The notes below the pieces were generated by a model that did no database searches, was not told the DNA's origin, and was given only the letters and a program-made list of their open reading frames with translations. DNA of 18,033 bases from contig CBDUYR010000054.1 in the NCBI GenBank assembly GCA_965371515.1, forward strand, positions 1-18,033, given 5' to 3'. This document shows, in pieces, positions 8,301 to 15,809 of this stretch. This DNA is from an uncultured bacterium. Its GTDB lineage: Bacteria; Krumholzibacteriota; Krumholzibacteriia; Krumholzibacteriales; Krumholzibacteriaceae. The position numbers and the translations under genes are program-made. Numbering within the stretch: the stretch's first letter is position 1; the number at the start of each line of letters is the position of its first letter.

Positions 8301-9293
8301 CTCTCCCCTGTCAATGCGGATCAGCGGCGGGAACCACTCCCCCACGAGTTCGAAGTCCTCGAGAGCATAGCCCGAGAAGATACCGTTGAGTTCCGCCTCG
8401 ACGGAGAGCCTCTCCGGCGTCCCCTTCACCGAGACAAAGCCCTGCAGTTCCCCGAAGTGCGAGGTCTCTACGTTGGCGATCTTCGCGACCTCTTCGACAT
8501 CTATTGGAAAAACGTTGAGGTGCAGATCGAAGATCATCGAATCGGGATCGATGCTCCCGCCTGCTATGAACGCCGACTCGTCGAGCTCTACGAAGAGACT
8601 GTCGAGAAATACCTCGCCCGGCTGCCCGCCCGTGCGCTCCTTGTCGACTTTGTGAATGTATTCTATCTTTCCGGCTATATCCCTGAGGAAGATGTCCCTC
8701 CTGATATTCTCCGCCCCACCGCCCGTCAGGTTGACGTGGATGATACTGCCGTCCGACTCGACAGAGCCCTCGAGCCTCACATTCTTCAGGACATCAGCCA
8801 TTTCAGGCCTCTGGAATATCACCTGGCCGTCGCGCAGGACGAACCTGTCGACGGTGAAGACAGGCAGGTAGCCACCACCGTCTCCCTCCATGTGCGGGAT
8901 TATGTTTATCCCGCTGGAATCGGGTTTTATCCAGACATGGAGATTGTCGAGTTCTACGAGGCTGAAACTCGGTGTGCCCGAGACAAGCGATCCGGCGCTG
9001 TACTCGAGCTCTATCCTGTCGATTCTGACGATGTCGTACGAAAAATCCTCGCTCTCGTAGCGGATGCGGAAATCGCGGATCTCGATATGATTCAGCGGAT
9101 TGCCGGACATCTCGCCGATCTCCAGCGTGAAATCGGTACCGCTGAAGAGGTAGCGCGAGAACATCCCTCCCGCGCTGTTGGCGAAGAAGTCGGTCCTGAA
9201 GATCACTATCATCAGGATGAACACCGTTATGAGCAGCCCTATGGCCAGCGATACCCACGGCGTCACCTTGTGCTGTATGATCCTCTTGACCAA
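5397..9293 (-). CDS. tamB: Translocation and assembly module TamB (AsmA-like superfamily, C-terminal DUF490-like region)
   Basis: 1298 aa. TTG start with GGAGGAAGG SD. Single N-terminal hydrophobic anchor, long run of alternating beta-strands, and C-terminal TamB-like segments (YNIYGNKFKVRSGKLEF, PGYSETDIWKMLGG, AVGKYLSEGLYVKYKQG, EVEYRISR). Lies 17 bp downstream of an Omp85 gene. Confidence 0.88.
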   Translation of the reverse strand: MVKRIIQHKVTPWVSLAIGLLITVFILMIVIFRTDFFANSAGGMFSRYLFSGTDFTLEIGEMSGNPLNHIEIRDFRIRYESEDFSYDIVRIDRIELEYSAGSLVSGTPSFSLVELDNLHVWIKPDSSGINIIPHMEGDGGGYLPVFTVDRFVLRDGQVIFQRPEMADVLKNVRLEGSVESDGSIIHVNLTGGGAENIRRDIFLRDIAGKIEYIHKVDKERTGGQPGEVFLDSLFVELDESAFIAGGSIDPDSMIFDLHLNVFPIDVEEVAKIANVETSHFGELQGFVSVKGTPERLSVEAELNGIFSGYALEDFELVGEWFPPLIRIDRGEGRFNGAQVAGNGFYTFESPQMLLLDIEAKGLDLSQGFSRSASLPKTDLNGHVRLTYNTQNSLLLFDCDLDAGHIRGLPFETVMVNGLFSPDSIEFGYIAVDSPTHRIRSHGSLNDEDLRMYIDVTCSKEDTLFSYLGIEEYRGDVSMNMVIGGSFDEWELRGNGTFADFMYNRIYVPAADIKLVVSKEESYGVQLELSGDSCWIDPLSFSGLDVSLEYGGGITTFKRLFLTRPGFDADMRGEVRSLDGSTEIEFSDVVISALDEQWRSYGEFTVQFDEEGVEFDDLQLHSRAGALYLDCRIDEVEDVISGVFTFDRTSASLFNAAGLLDSPLSGKAKGTVTVSGCLSDPGVDIDMTLEDGLFNTMRVDTMRLLASYAEGVYTIDEYTVSSPLGGLGLKGQLSGCSLRELLRDGRSALRGYTVDLEASCEELSLAPFLGFSRNIPFSSGFFTGRVVVSDSLVHPIAGMNGSVRDLSRKNLSIPHVDIEARLEGERVSLSGGITIADGHSGEFAGRIPIVREDWFYSIDMGGDIYLEMYMPPGPLGDITGITDLVAEANGKFSAGFKIEGPITDPVILGDLNLEKAGFRPAGMEERFRDVDAKILLQDSLLTIKHLKGKEGKDGSFTGSGKIGLSEWRPEWYDVDLKIDKCLFASISNVMAIASGNIHAGTEMMNGRPVPSLTGDLEINRAEVFLVLDELTSGTPSGTAKPSLLALIDLDIPGNAWIKTPDSSVEMRGEVTLHHDQRGTYLRGTLDLVRGFYNIYGNKFKVRSGKLEFVHAGGFRPIVDIEAETLDPEGRRIFLSLLWMQDDIEPKVTLVHEDPGYSETDIWKMLGGGIIGSPGGQDGWDGVGTAQNLAANYIESVINSQMQGITIELETEGLQDGTTNGTEQKQTMVAVGKYLSEGLYVKYKQGLAISTIREIEVEYRISRLFLIRTQLIKYSDTAMQGESSRSTDEYNVDLKLRWEF

Positions 9294-9310
9294 GACCTTC
9301 CTCCGGTCTC

Positions 9311-11242
9311 TTAAAAGATCTGTCCCAGACTGATGTGTATCCGGTAACTCTCCTGGCCTTCGTAGAGCTTTATCGGATACCCGAAATCGAGCCTGATCGG
9401 TCCGACAGGCGTGTAGTACCTGACGCCGAATCCGACAGAATATTTGAAATCGAGCTCATCGACGTCCTCGGAATCCACGAATATCTTGAACTCGCTCCCC
9501 GAGATGTCATCGATATCGACCCAGACGTTCCCCGCATCGAGGAAAAAGACCCCACCGAAATTATACTGCCCGAGCCATGGGATCGGGTATCTCCATTCGG
9601 CGTTGCCGAGCATCAGGACGTTACCTCCGATCGGCTCCCCGTAATTACCAGTCGGGCCGACGGCATTCTCCCTGTACCCCCTCACCGAGTTGGATCCACC
9701 TGTGAAGAATCTTGCTTCGATCGGAACGCCGCTGACCGTGCTGTTGCCAAACGGCTCGACGTATCCGAACCTGAGCCTGTATGCGAAGACCGATCCCCTC
9801 GTCACCTTTCTATACTCCTGAAGCGTCGGCACGATCGAATAATAATCATCGTCCCCACCTAGGAAGCCGCCGGCGAGCCTCGTCGACAGCGTCACGTAGG
9901 TTCCCCGCGTAGGATTGAAATAGAAATCCCTCGTGTCCTTTCTGAAGCTCAGGTCGAGGGCTCGCCTTCTCGAGGACTCTTTCTCGTCCTCGACACGTTC
10001 ACGCTTGATGTTCTCAAACGAGTATGAGAAATACATCGTCGATTGCCTTGTGAATTTCCGGGCGATCGTCAGACTGACGCTCGTCTGCCTGACCAGGGCC
10101 GGCACCACCGTCGCGTCATATGTATAATTAGCGCTCGTGGCAAATGTATTCCATGTACCTAATACATGCGGGAAGATCAGTGCGCCCTCATACATCTCGA
10201 ACTGTTTCTTGGGGTCCCAGTTCTCCTGATCGTACTTGTTGTCCCTGAACAGTCTGTATCCGAACTCCGCCTTGAGGTTCAGCGCGTACCCCCTGCCGAG
10301 CAGATTACGCTGTCCCCACTCGCCGAATACCCTGTTCGAGTGAACGTTACCGACGCCGAATCCCGCCTCGATGTATCCCATCTTCCGCTCTCGCACCAGG
10401 ACATCGAGGTTGACGTCGCCGTTCTCGAGGTCGAGCCCGTAAGGGTCGATCTCTACCGAGTTGAAATACCCCGTGTTGTAGAGGTTCTGCTTGCTCTCGA
10501 CCACCTTGGACAGCTTGAAGTATTGCCCCCGTTCGACGACGAGCTCCCTTCGGACGAGCTCCTCTCTGACCTTCGAGTTCCCCTTCACCCTGATGCTGTC
10601 GATCTTCACCGGTATGTTAGGGTCTATCTGCCATTCAATGTCGACCTCGATCGAATCACGGACGGCTTTCGGTACGACTGTCGATGCGAGATATCCGTGC
10701 TCGAAGAACTTGCTGAAGAGCGTAAAGCGATCTATCTCGAGGATGTTGTCGTTGAAGGCTTTTCCCTCGGTCAGATGCAGCCCCTTCCGAAGGTCGCCCT
10801 CCTTTATAAGCGACTGCTCGGTAAACGAGAGGTCTCTCACGGTAGTCTGAGGCCCCTCGTTTACGAGGATGCGGATCTTCACGGTATTTTTCTTCTCGTC
10901 CTTAGCTACCGATTCGAGATCGACCGTCGCGGCGAAGTACCCGCTCTTGACATAGAAAGACCTGATCGACTCGAGATCCCTCCTGAGAAAATCGCGCCTG
11001 TATTTCGGTTTACTGAATATGTGCCAGAATTTCTTTTCCTTCGTGCGCATCCGCTTCTTCAGCTCGCTGTCGTCGAAGCTGCGGTTGCCGAGGATCACGA
11101 TACTCTTGACTGCGGGCAGATCGAGGCCGAAGTCATTCTCGTCGGCCACGGCATATCCTGCCATGACGGCGACAATTGCTACGGCTGCCGCCGCACTCAT
11201 CAGTACTTTTGCAGGGAATCCGGGCATTGCGATTGACAACAC
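9311..11242 (-). CDS. Omp85 outer membrane assembly factor, TamA/BamA-like, three POTRA domains
   Basis: Signal peptide ends AVA|D with no lipobox. Three POTRA units start at VKSIVILGN, VRDLSFTEQ and IDSIRVKGN, with GYF/GYL turns. Barrel has FFTGGSNSVRGY, FLDAGNVW, YTPVGPIRLDFGYP and terminal ISLGQIF. Start is uncertain (GTG 11242 or ATG 11227). Confidence 0.9.
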   Translation of the reverse strand: MLSIAMPGFPAKVLMSAAAAVAIVAVMAGYAVADENDFGLDLPAVKSIVILGNRSFDDSELKKRMRTKEKKFWHIFSKPKYRRDFLRRDLESIRSFYVKSGYFAATVDLESVAKDEKKNTVKIRILVNEGPQTTVRDLSFTEQSLIKEGDLRKGLHLTEGKAFNDNILEIDRFTLFSKFFEHGYLASTVVPKAVRDSIEVDIEWQIDPNIPVKIDSIRVKGNSKVREELVRRELVVERGQYFKLSKVVESKQNLYNTGYFNSVEIDPYGLDLENGDVNLDVLVRERKMGYIEAGFGVGNVHSNRVFGEWGQRNLLGRGYALNLKAEFGYRLFRDNKYDQENWDPKKQFEMYEGALIFPHVLGTWNTFATSANYTYDATVVPALVRQTSVSLTIARKFTRQSTMYFSYSFENIKRERVEDEKESSRRRALDLSFRKDTRDFYFNPTRGTYVTLSTRLAGGFLGGDDDYYSIVPTLQEYRKVTRGSVFAYRLRFGYVEPFGNSTVSGVPIEARFFTGGSNSVRGYRENAVGPTGNYGEPIGGNVLMLGNAEWRYPIPWLGQYNFGGVFFLDAGNVWVDIDDISGSEFKIFVDSEDVDELDFKYSVGFGVRYYTPVGPIRLDFGYPIKLYEGQESYRIHISLGQIF

Positions 11243-11261
11243 CTTCTGCTGAGTGTAATTT
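11233..11261 (+). promoter_or_regulatory. Sigma70-type promoter for the lipoprotein gene
   Basis: Perfect TTGACA (11233-11238), 17-nt spacer, TAATTT (11256-11261). Predicted +1 is 11268. Confidence 0.6.
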
Positions 11262-11267
11262 CGTCAG

Positions 11268-11633
11268 GTGATGAATGGCTGTATTACCAAACTGCGCTCC
11301 AAGAAACTGGCCCTTGTACTGACTGCCTCTATGCTCGCAGCGGCGGCACTTCTTGCGGCGGGGTGCGAAAAACCCGACCGCGTCGGCACAGAAAAGGCCA
11401 GAGACCTCACGCCTGACGAAAGGTATCTCGTCCGACTTTATTTGAAAATAAATGATTTAGAAAGAAATCTCCAAGATAATCCGACCGACAGCATCAGAAA
11501 ATGGGACGAACTGAAAGCTTCGGTGGACACGACCAGGGTCAAACGGACGATAGCCTCGCTGGAAAATGACCCGAAAAGGTGGCTAGGCGTTTATATTCGC
11601 ATTAACGACCTGATGTTCGACAAGCGGCCCTGA
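11268..11633 (+). CDS. Small helical lipoprotein of unknown function (possibly DUF4296-like)
   Basis: Basic n-region KLRSKK, Ala/Leu h-region, lipobox LAAG|C (Cys codon 11364-11366), 89-aa mature chain. Fills the rseP-Omp85 gap almost exactly. Start is GTG 11268 or ATG 11271. The DUF4296 resemblance is from memory only. Confidence 0.8.
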   Translation: MMNGCITKLRSKKLALVLTASMLAAAALLAAGCEKPDRVGTEKARDLTPDERYLVRLYLKINDLERNLQDNPTDSIRKWDELKASVDTTRVKRTIASLENDPKRWLGVYIRINDLMFDKRP

Positions 11634-11643
11634 ATATCCCAGA

Positions 11644-12993
11644 TCACCCGAATAGATTGAATATGTCGACGGCAAAGATGAAGGCCATCAGTGCTATCAG
11701 TATGATAAATCCGATCTGACCCATCACTTCCTCGACCTTTGGGCCCGGCTTGTAGCCGGTCAGACCCTCCACGAGGAAAATCACGAAATGTCCCCCGTCG
11801 AAGGGAAGGATAGGCAGGAGATTGAATATCGCCAGGTTGAGTGAGAAAAAGGCGATGAACGTCAGAAGGTAGTTGAATCCCCACCTCACCATCTCGCCTG
11901 CCATTTCTCCGATGCGGATAGGACCGCCGACGGCCCTTATCGACGCCTGGCCGGAGAAAAGCTTCTTCAGGAAGTGCATGATCCCGATGAACATCTCCTT
12001 GTACGCTTTTGAGCCGAGCACGACAGCCTCACCGAAGCCGACCTTCTCCTTCTCGTAATGCTCGGTTATACCGATCGCCCCTATCTCGATGATGTCGAGC
12101 TTCTCCCCCTCCTTCGGCGCGTCCATCCCCTCGGGGATGATCGTCGCCGAGAGGGTGTCGCCTTCCTGGACCCATCTGAAATCCATCGGCACATCGAGAC
12201 GGTCGTGGATGAGCTGCTGGAGCTCTATGTATGTGCTGATTGTGGTATCGTTCACCGAGAGGATGAAAGCCCCGCTCTTCATACCGGCATCGTAAGCCGG
12301 ACCGTCCCTCTTGACATCTCCGATTATGGGCCGTGAATACGAAAAGATCCCTACAATCAGTCTCTCCTCCTCCTCGTACCATACCGGTGACACGTCGATC
12401 CCGATCGTGTCGGTCATCCGTACGACGACGAATCTCGAAATCGCTTCCTCGTCGTACGTGATCAGATCGGCGATCTCCTTTCCAGCGACGACCTCCTCCC
12501 CGTTGACTGAAAGCACCCTGTCACCTGGCATGAACCCGGCTGCCTCTGCTGGCGAATCCGGCGTCACGTTGACGATTATGTCTCTCGGGTTGGAAATGAA
12601 TACACCTTGCGTCCATATGCTCATGACGAAGAGGATCAGAGCCGCGATCGCGTTCATTAACGGTCCGGCGAGGACTACCGACATCCTCTGCCAGGCATTC
12701 TTGCTCCTGTAGTATTTCTCCTCGGGGACATTGGCGAGGAGTTCGTCAGTGTCGCTCTCTTCGCCCTCCGCCCTCTCGCTCTCGCCGGCCATCTTCACGT
12801 AACCGCCAAACGGCAGGGCCGAGATGGCGTACTCAGTCTCCCCGATCCGTTTCTTCAGGATCTTCGGGCCGAAACCGATCGAGAAAGTCACCACGTATAT
12901 GCCGTTGAGCTTCGCCGCTATGAAGTGGCCCCCCTCGTGTACGATGACCACGATGCTCAGGACGAAAATGAATGCTGCAATTGTCAGAAGCAT
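11644..12993 (-). CDS. rseP: RIP metalloprotease RseP (M50 site-2 protease, two PDZ domains)
   Basis: HEGGH, FSIGFGP, ALPFGGYVKM, VVLAGPLMN, two PDZ-like segments (DSPAEAAGFMPGDRV, DGPAYDAGMKSGAFI), NLLPILPFDGGH. Start moved to ATG 12993, which has a GGAGG SD; 449 aa. Confidence 0.96.
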   Translation of the reverse strand: MLLTIAAFIFVLSIVVIVHEGGHFIAAKLNGIYVVTFSIGFGPKILKKRIGETEYAISALPFGGYVKMAGESERAEGEESDTDELLANVPEEKYYRSKNAWQRMSVVLAGPLMNAIAALILFVMSIWTQGVFISNPRDIIVNVTPDSPAEAAGFMPGDRVLSVNGEEVVAGKEIADLITYDEEAISRFVVVRMTDTIGIDVSPVWYEEEERLIVGIFSYSRPIIGDVKRDGPAYDAGMKSGAFILSVNDTTISTYIELQQLIHDRLDVPMDFRWVQEGDTLSATIIPEGMDAPKEGEKLDIIEIGAIGITEHYEKEKVGFGEAVVLGSKAYKEMFIGIMHFLKKLFSGQASIRAVGGPIRIGEMAGEMVRWGFNYLLTFIAFFSLNLAIFNLLPILPFDGGHFVIFLVEGLTGYKPGPKVEEVMGQIGFIILIALMAFIFAVDIFNLFG

Positions 12994-13006
12994 GGATCCT
13001 CCATCA

Positions 13007-14179
13007 TCAGTCGGCCGGTCGGCCGTATCTTTCATTCAGAAATTCCCGAGCCCACCGGTCCGCTTCGAGGATATCCTCGACCGCGCCGGCCGGGCCCACT
13101 TTATGAGCTGCAAGCGCCTGTTCTATCCAGTCTATAATATCGAGAAAACCTATCCTTCCCGCAAGGAAGGCCTCGACCGCCACCTCGTCTGCCGCGTTCA
13201 ACACGGCGGGAGCCGTACCTCCCTTTCCTGCCGCCTCCATTGCGAGTGCAAAGGCGGGGTACCGCTCCGGCTCGAATGTATGAAAGTCGAGCCTCGAGAG
13301 CTCCTCGAGGGAGAGCTGCTCCCACGGAAACTGCACCATCCCGGGATGGTAGAGGGCACTGATGATCGGCAGCTTCATGTCGGCAGGGCCGAGATGCGCC
13401 AGCAGCGAACCGTCTCTCAGCCTCGTGATGCCGTGAACACGCGACTGCGGGTGAATGACAACGCCGATAGACTCGTACCCGTACCCGAACAGCCAGTGCG
13501 CCTCGATCACCTCCAGCCCCTTGTTTAACAGGTGCGCCGAATCGACCGTCACTTTCCTCCCCATCTTCCACGTCGGATGATCGAGTACCTGCGCTACAGT
13601 GACGTTCTTCAGGTCGGCGACCTCCCTGCCGAAGAAAGGCCCACCCGACGCGGTGAGAATAATCTCGACCGTTTCGTCCTCGTGCCCCTTGAGGCACCTT
13701 GAAAGCGAGAAGTGCTCGCTGTCGACGGGGATCACCCGCGCGCCACCCTTCTCGAGCAGACGGTCAATGATCTCACCGCCGGTGACAAGCGATTCCTTGT
13801 TGGCCAGTGCCACGTCGCACCCGGCCTCGAGTGCCTTTACGGTAGGCACCAGTCCGGCAACGCCGACGAGGGCGTTGATGACGAGATCGGGCTTCGGATC
13901 AGAGATCAGCCCGATAAGGCCGTCTGTTCCGATCCCCGTGCTCCTCTCGGCGAGGTCGGAGTCCTCGGCCATCAGTTTCGTGTGCGCATCTTCGTCTCTC
14001 AGGGCGAACCTGGCCCCAGCGAACTCGCGCAGCTGCATGCCCAGCTCGCTGATGTTGTTTCCCGCCGCGAGGCCGGTGATTTCAAAGTCTTTCGGGGCAT
14101 GCGCAATTATCTCGACGGCGGCAGTCCCTATCGAGCCTGTCGAACCGAGTATGACGATCTTTTTTCGTTTGTGCTCCAT
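13007..14179 (-). CDS. dxr: 1-deoxy-D-xylulose-5-phosphate reductoisomerase (MEP pathway)
   Basis: ILGSTGSIG, LANKESLV, PVDSEH, LTASGGPF, HPTWKMGRKVTVDSA, NKGLEVIEAHWLF. Start moved to ATG 14179, 1 nt after the cdsA stop; 390 aa. Confidence 0.97.
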   Translation of the reverse strand: MEHKRKKIVILGSTGSIGTAAVEIIAHAPKDFEITGLAAGNNISELGMQLREFAGARFALRDEDAHTKLMAEDSDLAERSTGIGTDGLIGLISDPKPDLVINALVGVAGLVPTVKALEAGCDVALANKESLVTGGEIIDRLLEKGGARVIPVDSEHFSLSRCLKGHEDETVEIILTASGGPFFGREVADLKNVTVAQVLDHPTWKMGRKVTVDSAHLLNKGLEVIEAHWLFGYGYESIGVVIHPQSRVHGITRLRDGSLLAHLGPADMKLPIISALYHPGMVQFPWEQLSLEELSRLDFHTFEPERYPAFALAMEAAGKGGTAPAVLNAADEVAVEAFLAGRIGFLDIIDWIEQALAAHKVGPAGAVEDILEADRWAREFLNERYGRPAD

Positions 14180-14180
14180 A

Positions 14181-15041
14181 TCATACCTTAAACACAAAAT
14201 ATCTCAGCGCGTAATATATAAGCGGCGCGGTGAACAGCAGCGAGTCGAATCTGTCGAGTATGCCGCCGTGCCCCGGTATCGCCGCCGAGGAATCCTTGAT
14301 CTTTGCATCGCGCTTGATCATCGACTCGACGAGGTCGCCGAGCTGCCCGATGACCGAAGCCGCAATCGCCAGCGTTACCGCCTCCACGATGCCGAGTTGA
14401 GTATCCATCAGCATGCGCGCGATTAGTATCCCGACTATTGAAAGAAACGTGCCGCCGATGGCCCCCTCGATCGTTTTACTCGGTGATATCGATGGAAAAA
14501 GCTTATGCCTGCCGAATATCCTGCCGAAAGCGTAGGCCCCTGTGTCGTAGCACCACGTAAGTGTGAACACGATTATTACGAACGTGTAGCCGAACGCGTA
14601 GTCGAGGCCGGCGATTATCGGCAGCTCGCGCAGCAGCATCAGGTGGCTGCCGAGCCACGATACGTACAGCACCCCGAATATCGTGACCGAGATATGATAG
14701 ACGGCGTGCCCCTTGTCCTTGCGGATCAGCTCGGCGATCATAACCGCGATAAATGTCAGTGTCAGCAGAACGTTGGCGTACATCCCCTGCCTGAAGAAGA
14801 GGTACCAGGGCAGCGCTCCTCCGCTGAGCAGACCGATCCATTTGTAGGGGCGAAGTCCTTTCGCCTCCATCATCCTGTAGAACTCGAAGAGGCCGGTGAT
14901 GATTATCGTGTCTACGAGTATCAGGTAGTAGATGCCGCCTCGGTGGGCGATTATAAAAAAGCACGGCAGAAACACGGCCGCGGCGAACAGCCTCCTCGCG
15001 AGTGATCCTACAGGGGATTTCTTTTCCGTTCCGTCTGTCAC
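14181..15041 (-). CDS. cdsA: Phosphatidate cytidylyltransferase
   Basis: Polytopic membrane protein with DTGAYAFGRIFGRHKL, ISPSKTIEG and GDLVESMIKRDAKIKDS..IPGHGGILDRFDS. GTG start overlaps the uppS TGA (GTGA). Confidence 0.96.
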   Translation of the reverse strand: MTDGTEKKSPVGSLARRLFAAAVFLPCFFIIAHRGGIYYLILVDTIIITGLFEFYRMMEAKGLRPYKWIGLLSGGALPWYLFFRQGMYANVLLTLTFIAVMIAELIRKDKGHAVYHISVTIFGVLYVSWLGSHLMLLRELPIIAGLDYAFGYTFVIIVFTLTWCYDTGAYAFGRIFGRHKLFPSISPSKTIEGAIGGTFLSIVGILIARMLMDTQLGIVEAVTLAIAASVIGQLGDLVESMIKRDAKIKDSSAAIPGHGGILDRFDSLLFTAPLIYYALRYFVFKV

Positions 15042-15793
15042 TTCTCTCTCCTGCCGCTGATATCCCCGAACCTTCTCTCCCGCTTGAGGTACTCGTTAAT
15101 CGCCGCTATGATGTGCTCCTCGCGAAAGTCGGGCCAGAGCACGTCGGTGACCACGATCTCGGTGTAGGCGAGCTGCCAGAGGAGGAAGTTGCTGATCCTC
15201 ATCTCGCCCGATGTCCTTACCAGAAGATCGGGATCGGGAATATCGGGCGAATAAAGGTATCCGGCGAACGCATCCTCGTCCAGCGATACGGGATCGAGGA
15301 CGCCTGCGGCAGCGTCGGCGGCTATCTTCTTCGCCGCGTCCACGATCTCGCTGCGCCCCCCGTAACTGAGACAGAGGTTGAGAATCATCCCGTCGTTAGA
15401 CGAAAGAGACTCTATCGTCTCATCGAGCGTCTTTTTCGTTTCGTCCGGAAGGAGCTCGAGCCGACCCATTGCACGCAGCCTGATGTTGTTGTCCTGCAGC
15501 TCCAGGTACTCCGACTTGAGAACCCTGCCTAGAAAGAGCATCAGCGCTTTTACTTCCTTCGATGGCCTTTGCCAGTTCTCCAGCGAGAAGGTGTAGAGGG
15601 AAAGTGCGGGGATACCGAGCTTCGCGCAGGTACGCACCGTGACGCGGACCGACTCCCTTCCCGCCTTGTGACCGGCAATCCTCGGGAGCCTGCGCTTCTT
15701 CGCCCACCTTCCGTTGCCGTCCATTATGACGGCGATATGCGCCGGCAGGCCGGGCGTACCGTTGAGTCGTTCTATTTCCCTGTCTATATCCAT
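15038..15793 (-). CDS. uppS: Undecaprenyl/polyprenyl diphosphate synthase (cis-prenyltransferase)
   Basis: HIAVIMDGNGRWA, FSLENWQRP, SYGGRSEIV, DPDLLVRTSGEMRISNFLLWQ, ERRFG. Confidence 0.97.
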   Translation of the reverse strand: MDIDREIERLNGTPGLPAHIAVIMDGNGRWAKKRRLPRIAGHKAGRESVRVTVRTCAKLGIPALSLYTFSLENWQRPSKEVKALMLFLGRVLKSEYLELQDNNIRLRAMGRLELLPDETKKTLDETIESLSSNDGMILNLCLSYGGRSEIVDAAKKIAADAAAGVLDPVSLDEDAFAGYLYSPDIPDPDLLVRTSGEMRISNFLLWQLAYTEIVVTDVLWPDFREEHIIAAINEYLKRERRFGDISGRREK

Positions 15794-15809
15794 ACGGACG
15801 ATTGCAGCT

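Noticed and set aside
13010..13025. Tandem GTCGGCCG twice at the dxr 3' end, sharing CCGGTCGGCCG with 17815-17825.
   Set aside because: Short and GC-rich with only two occurrences; compatible with chance.
13007..14179. Dxr deviations from consensus (DSEHFSLSRC, DSAHLLNKG, HPQSRVHG, NAADE).
   Set aside because: Metal- and substrate-binding motifs (DSEH, SGG, HPxWxMG, NKxxE) are intact, so this is ordinary divergence.
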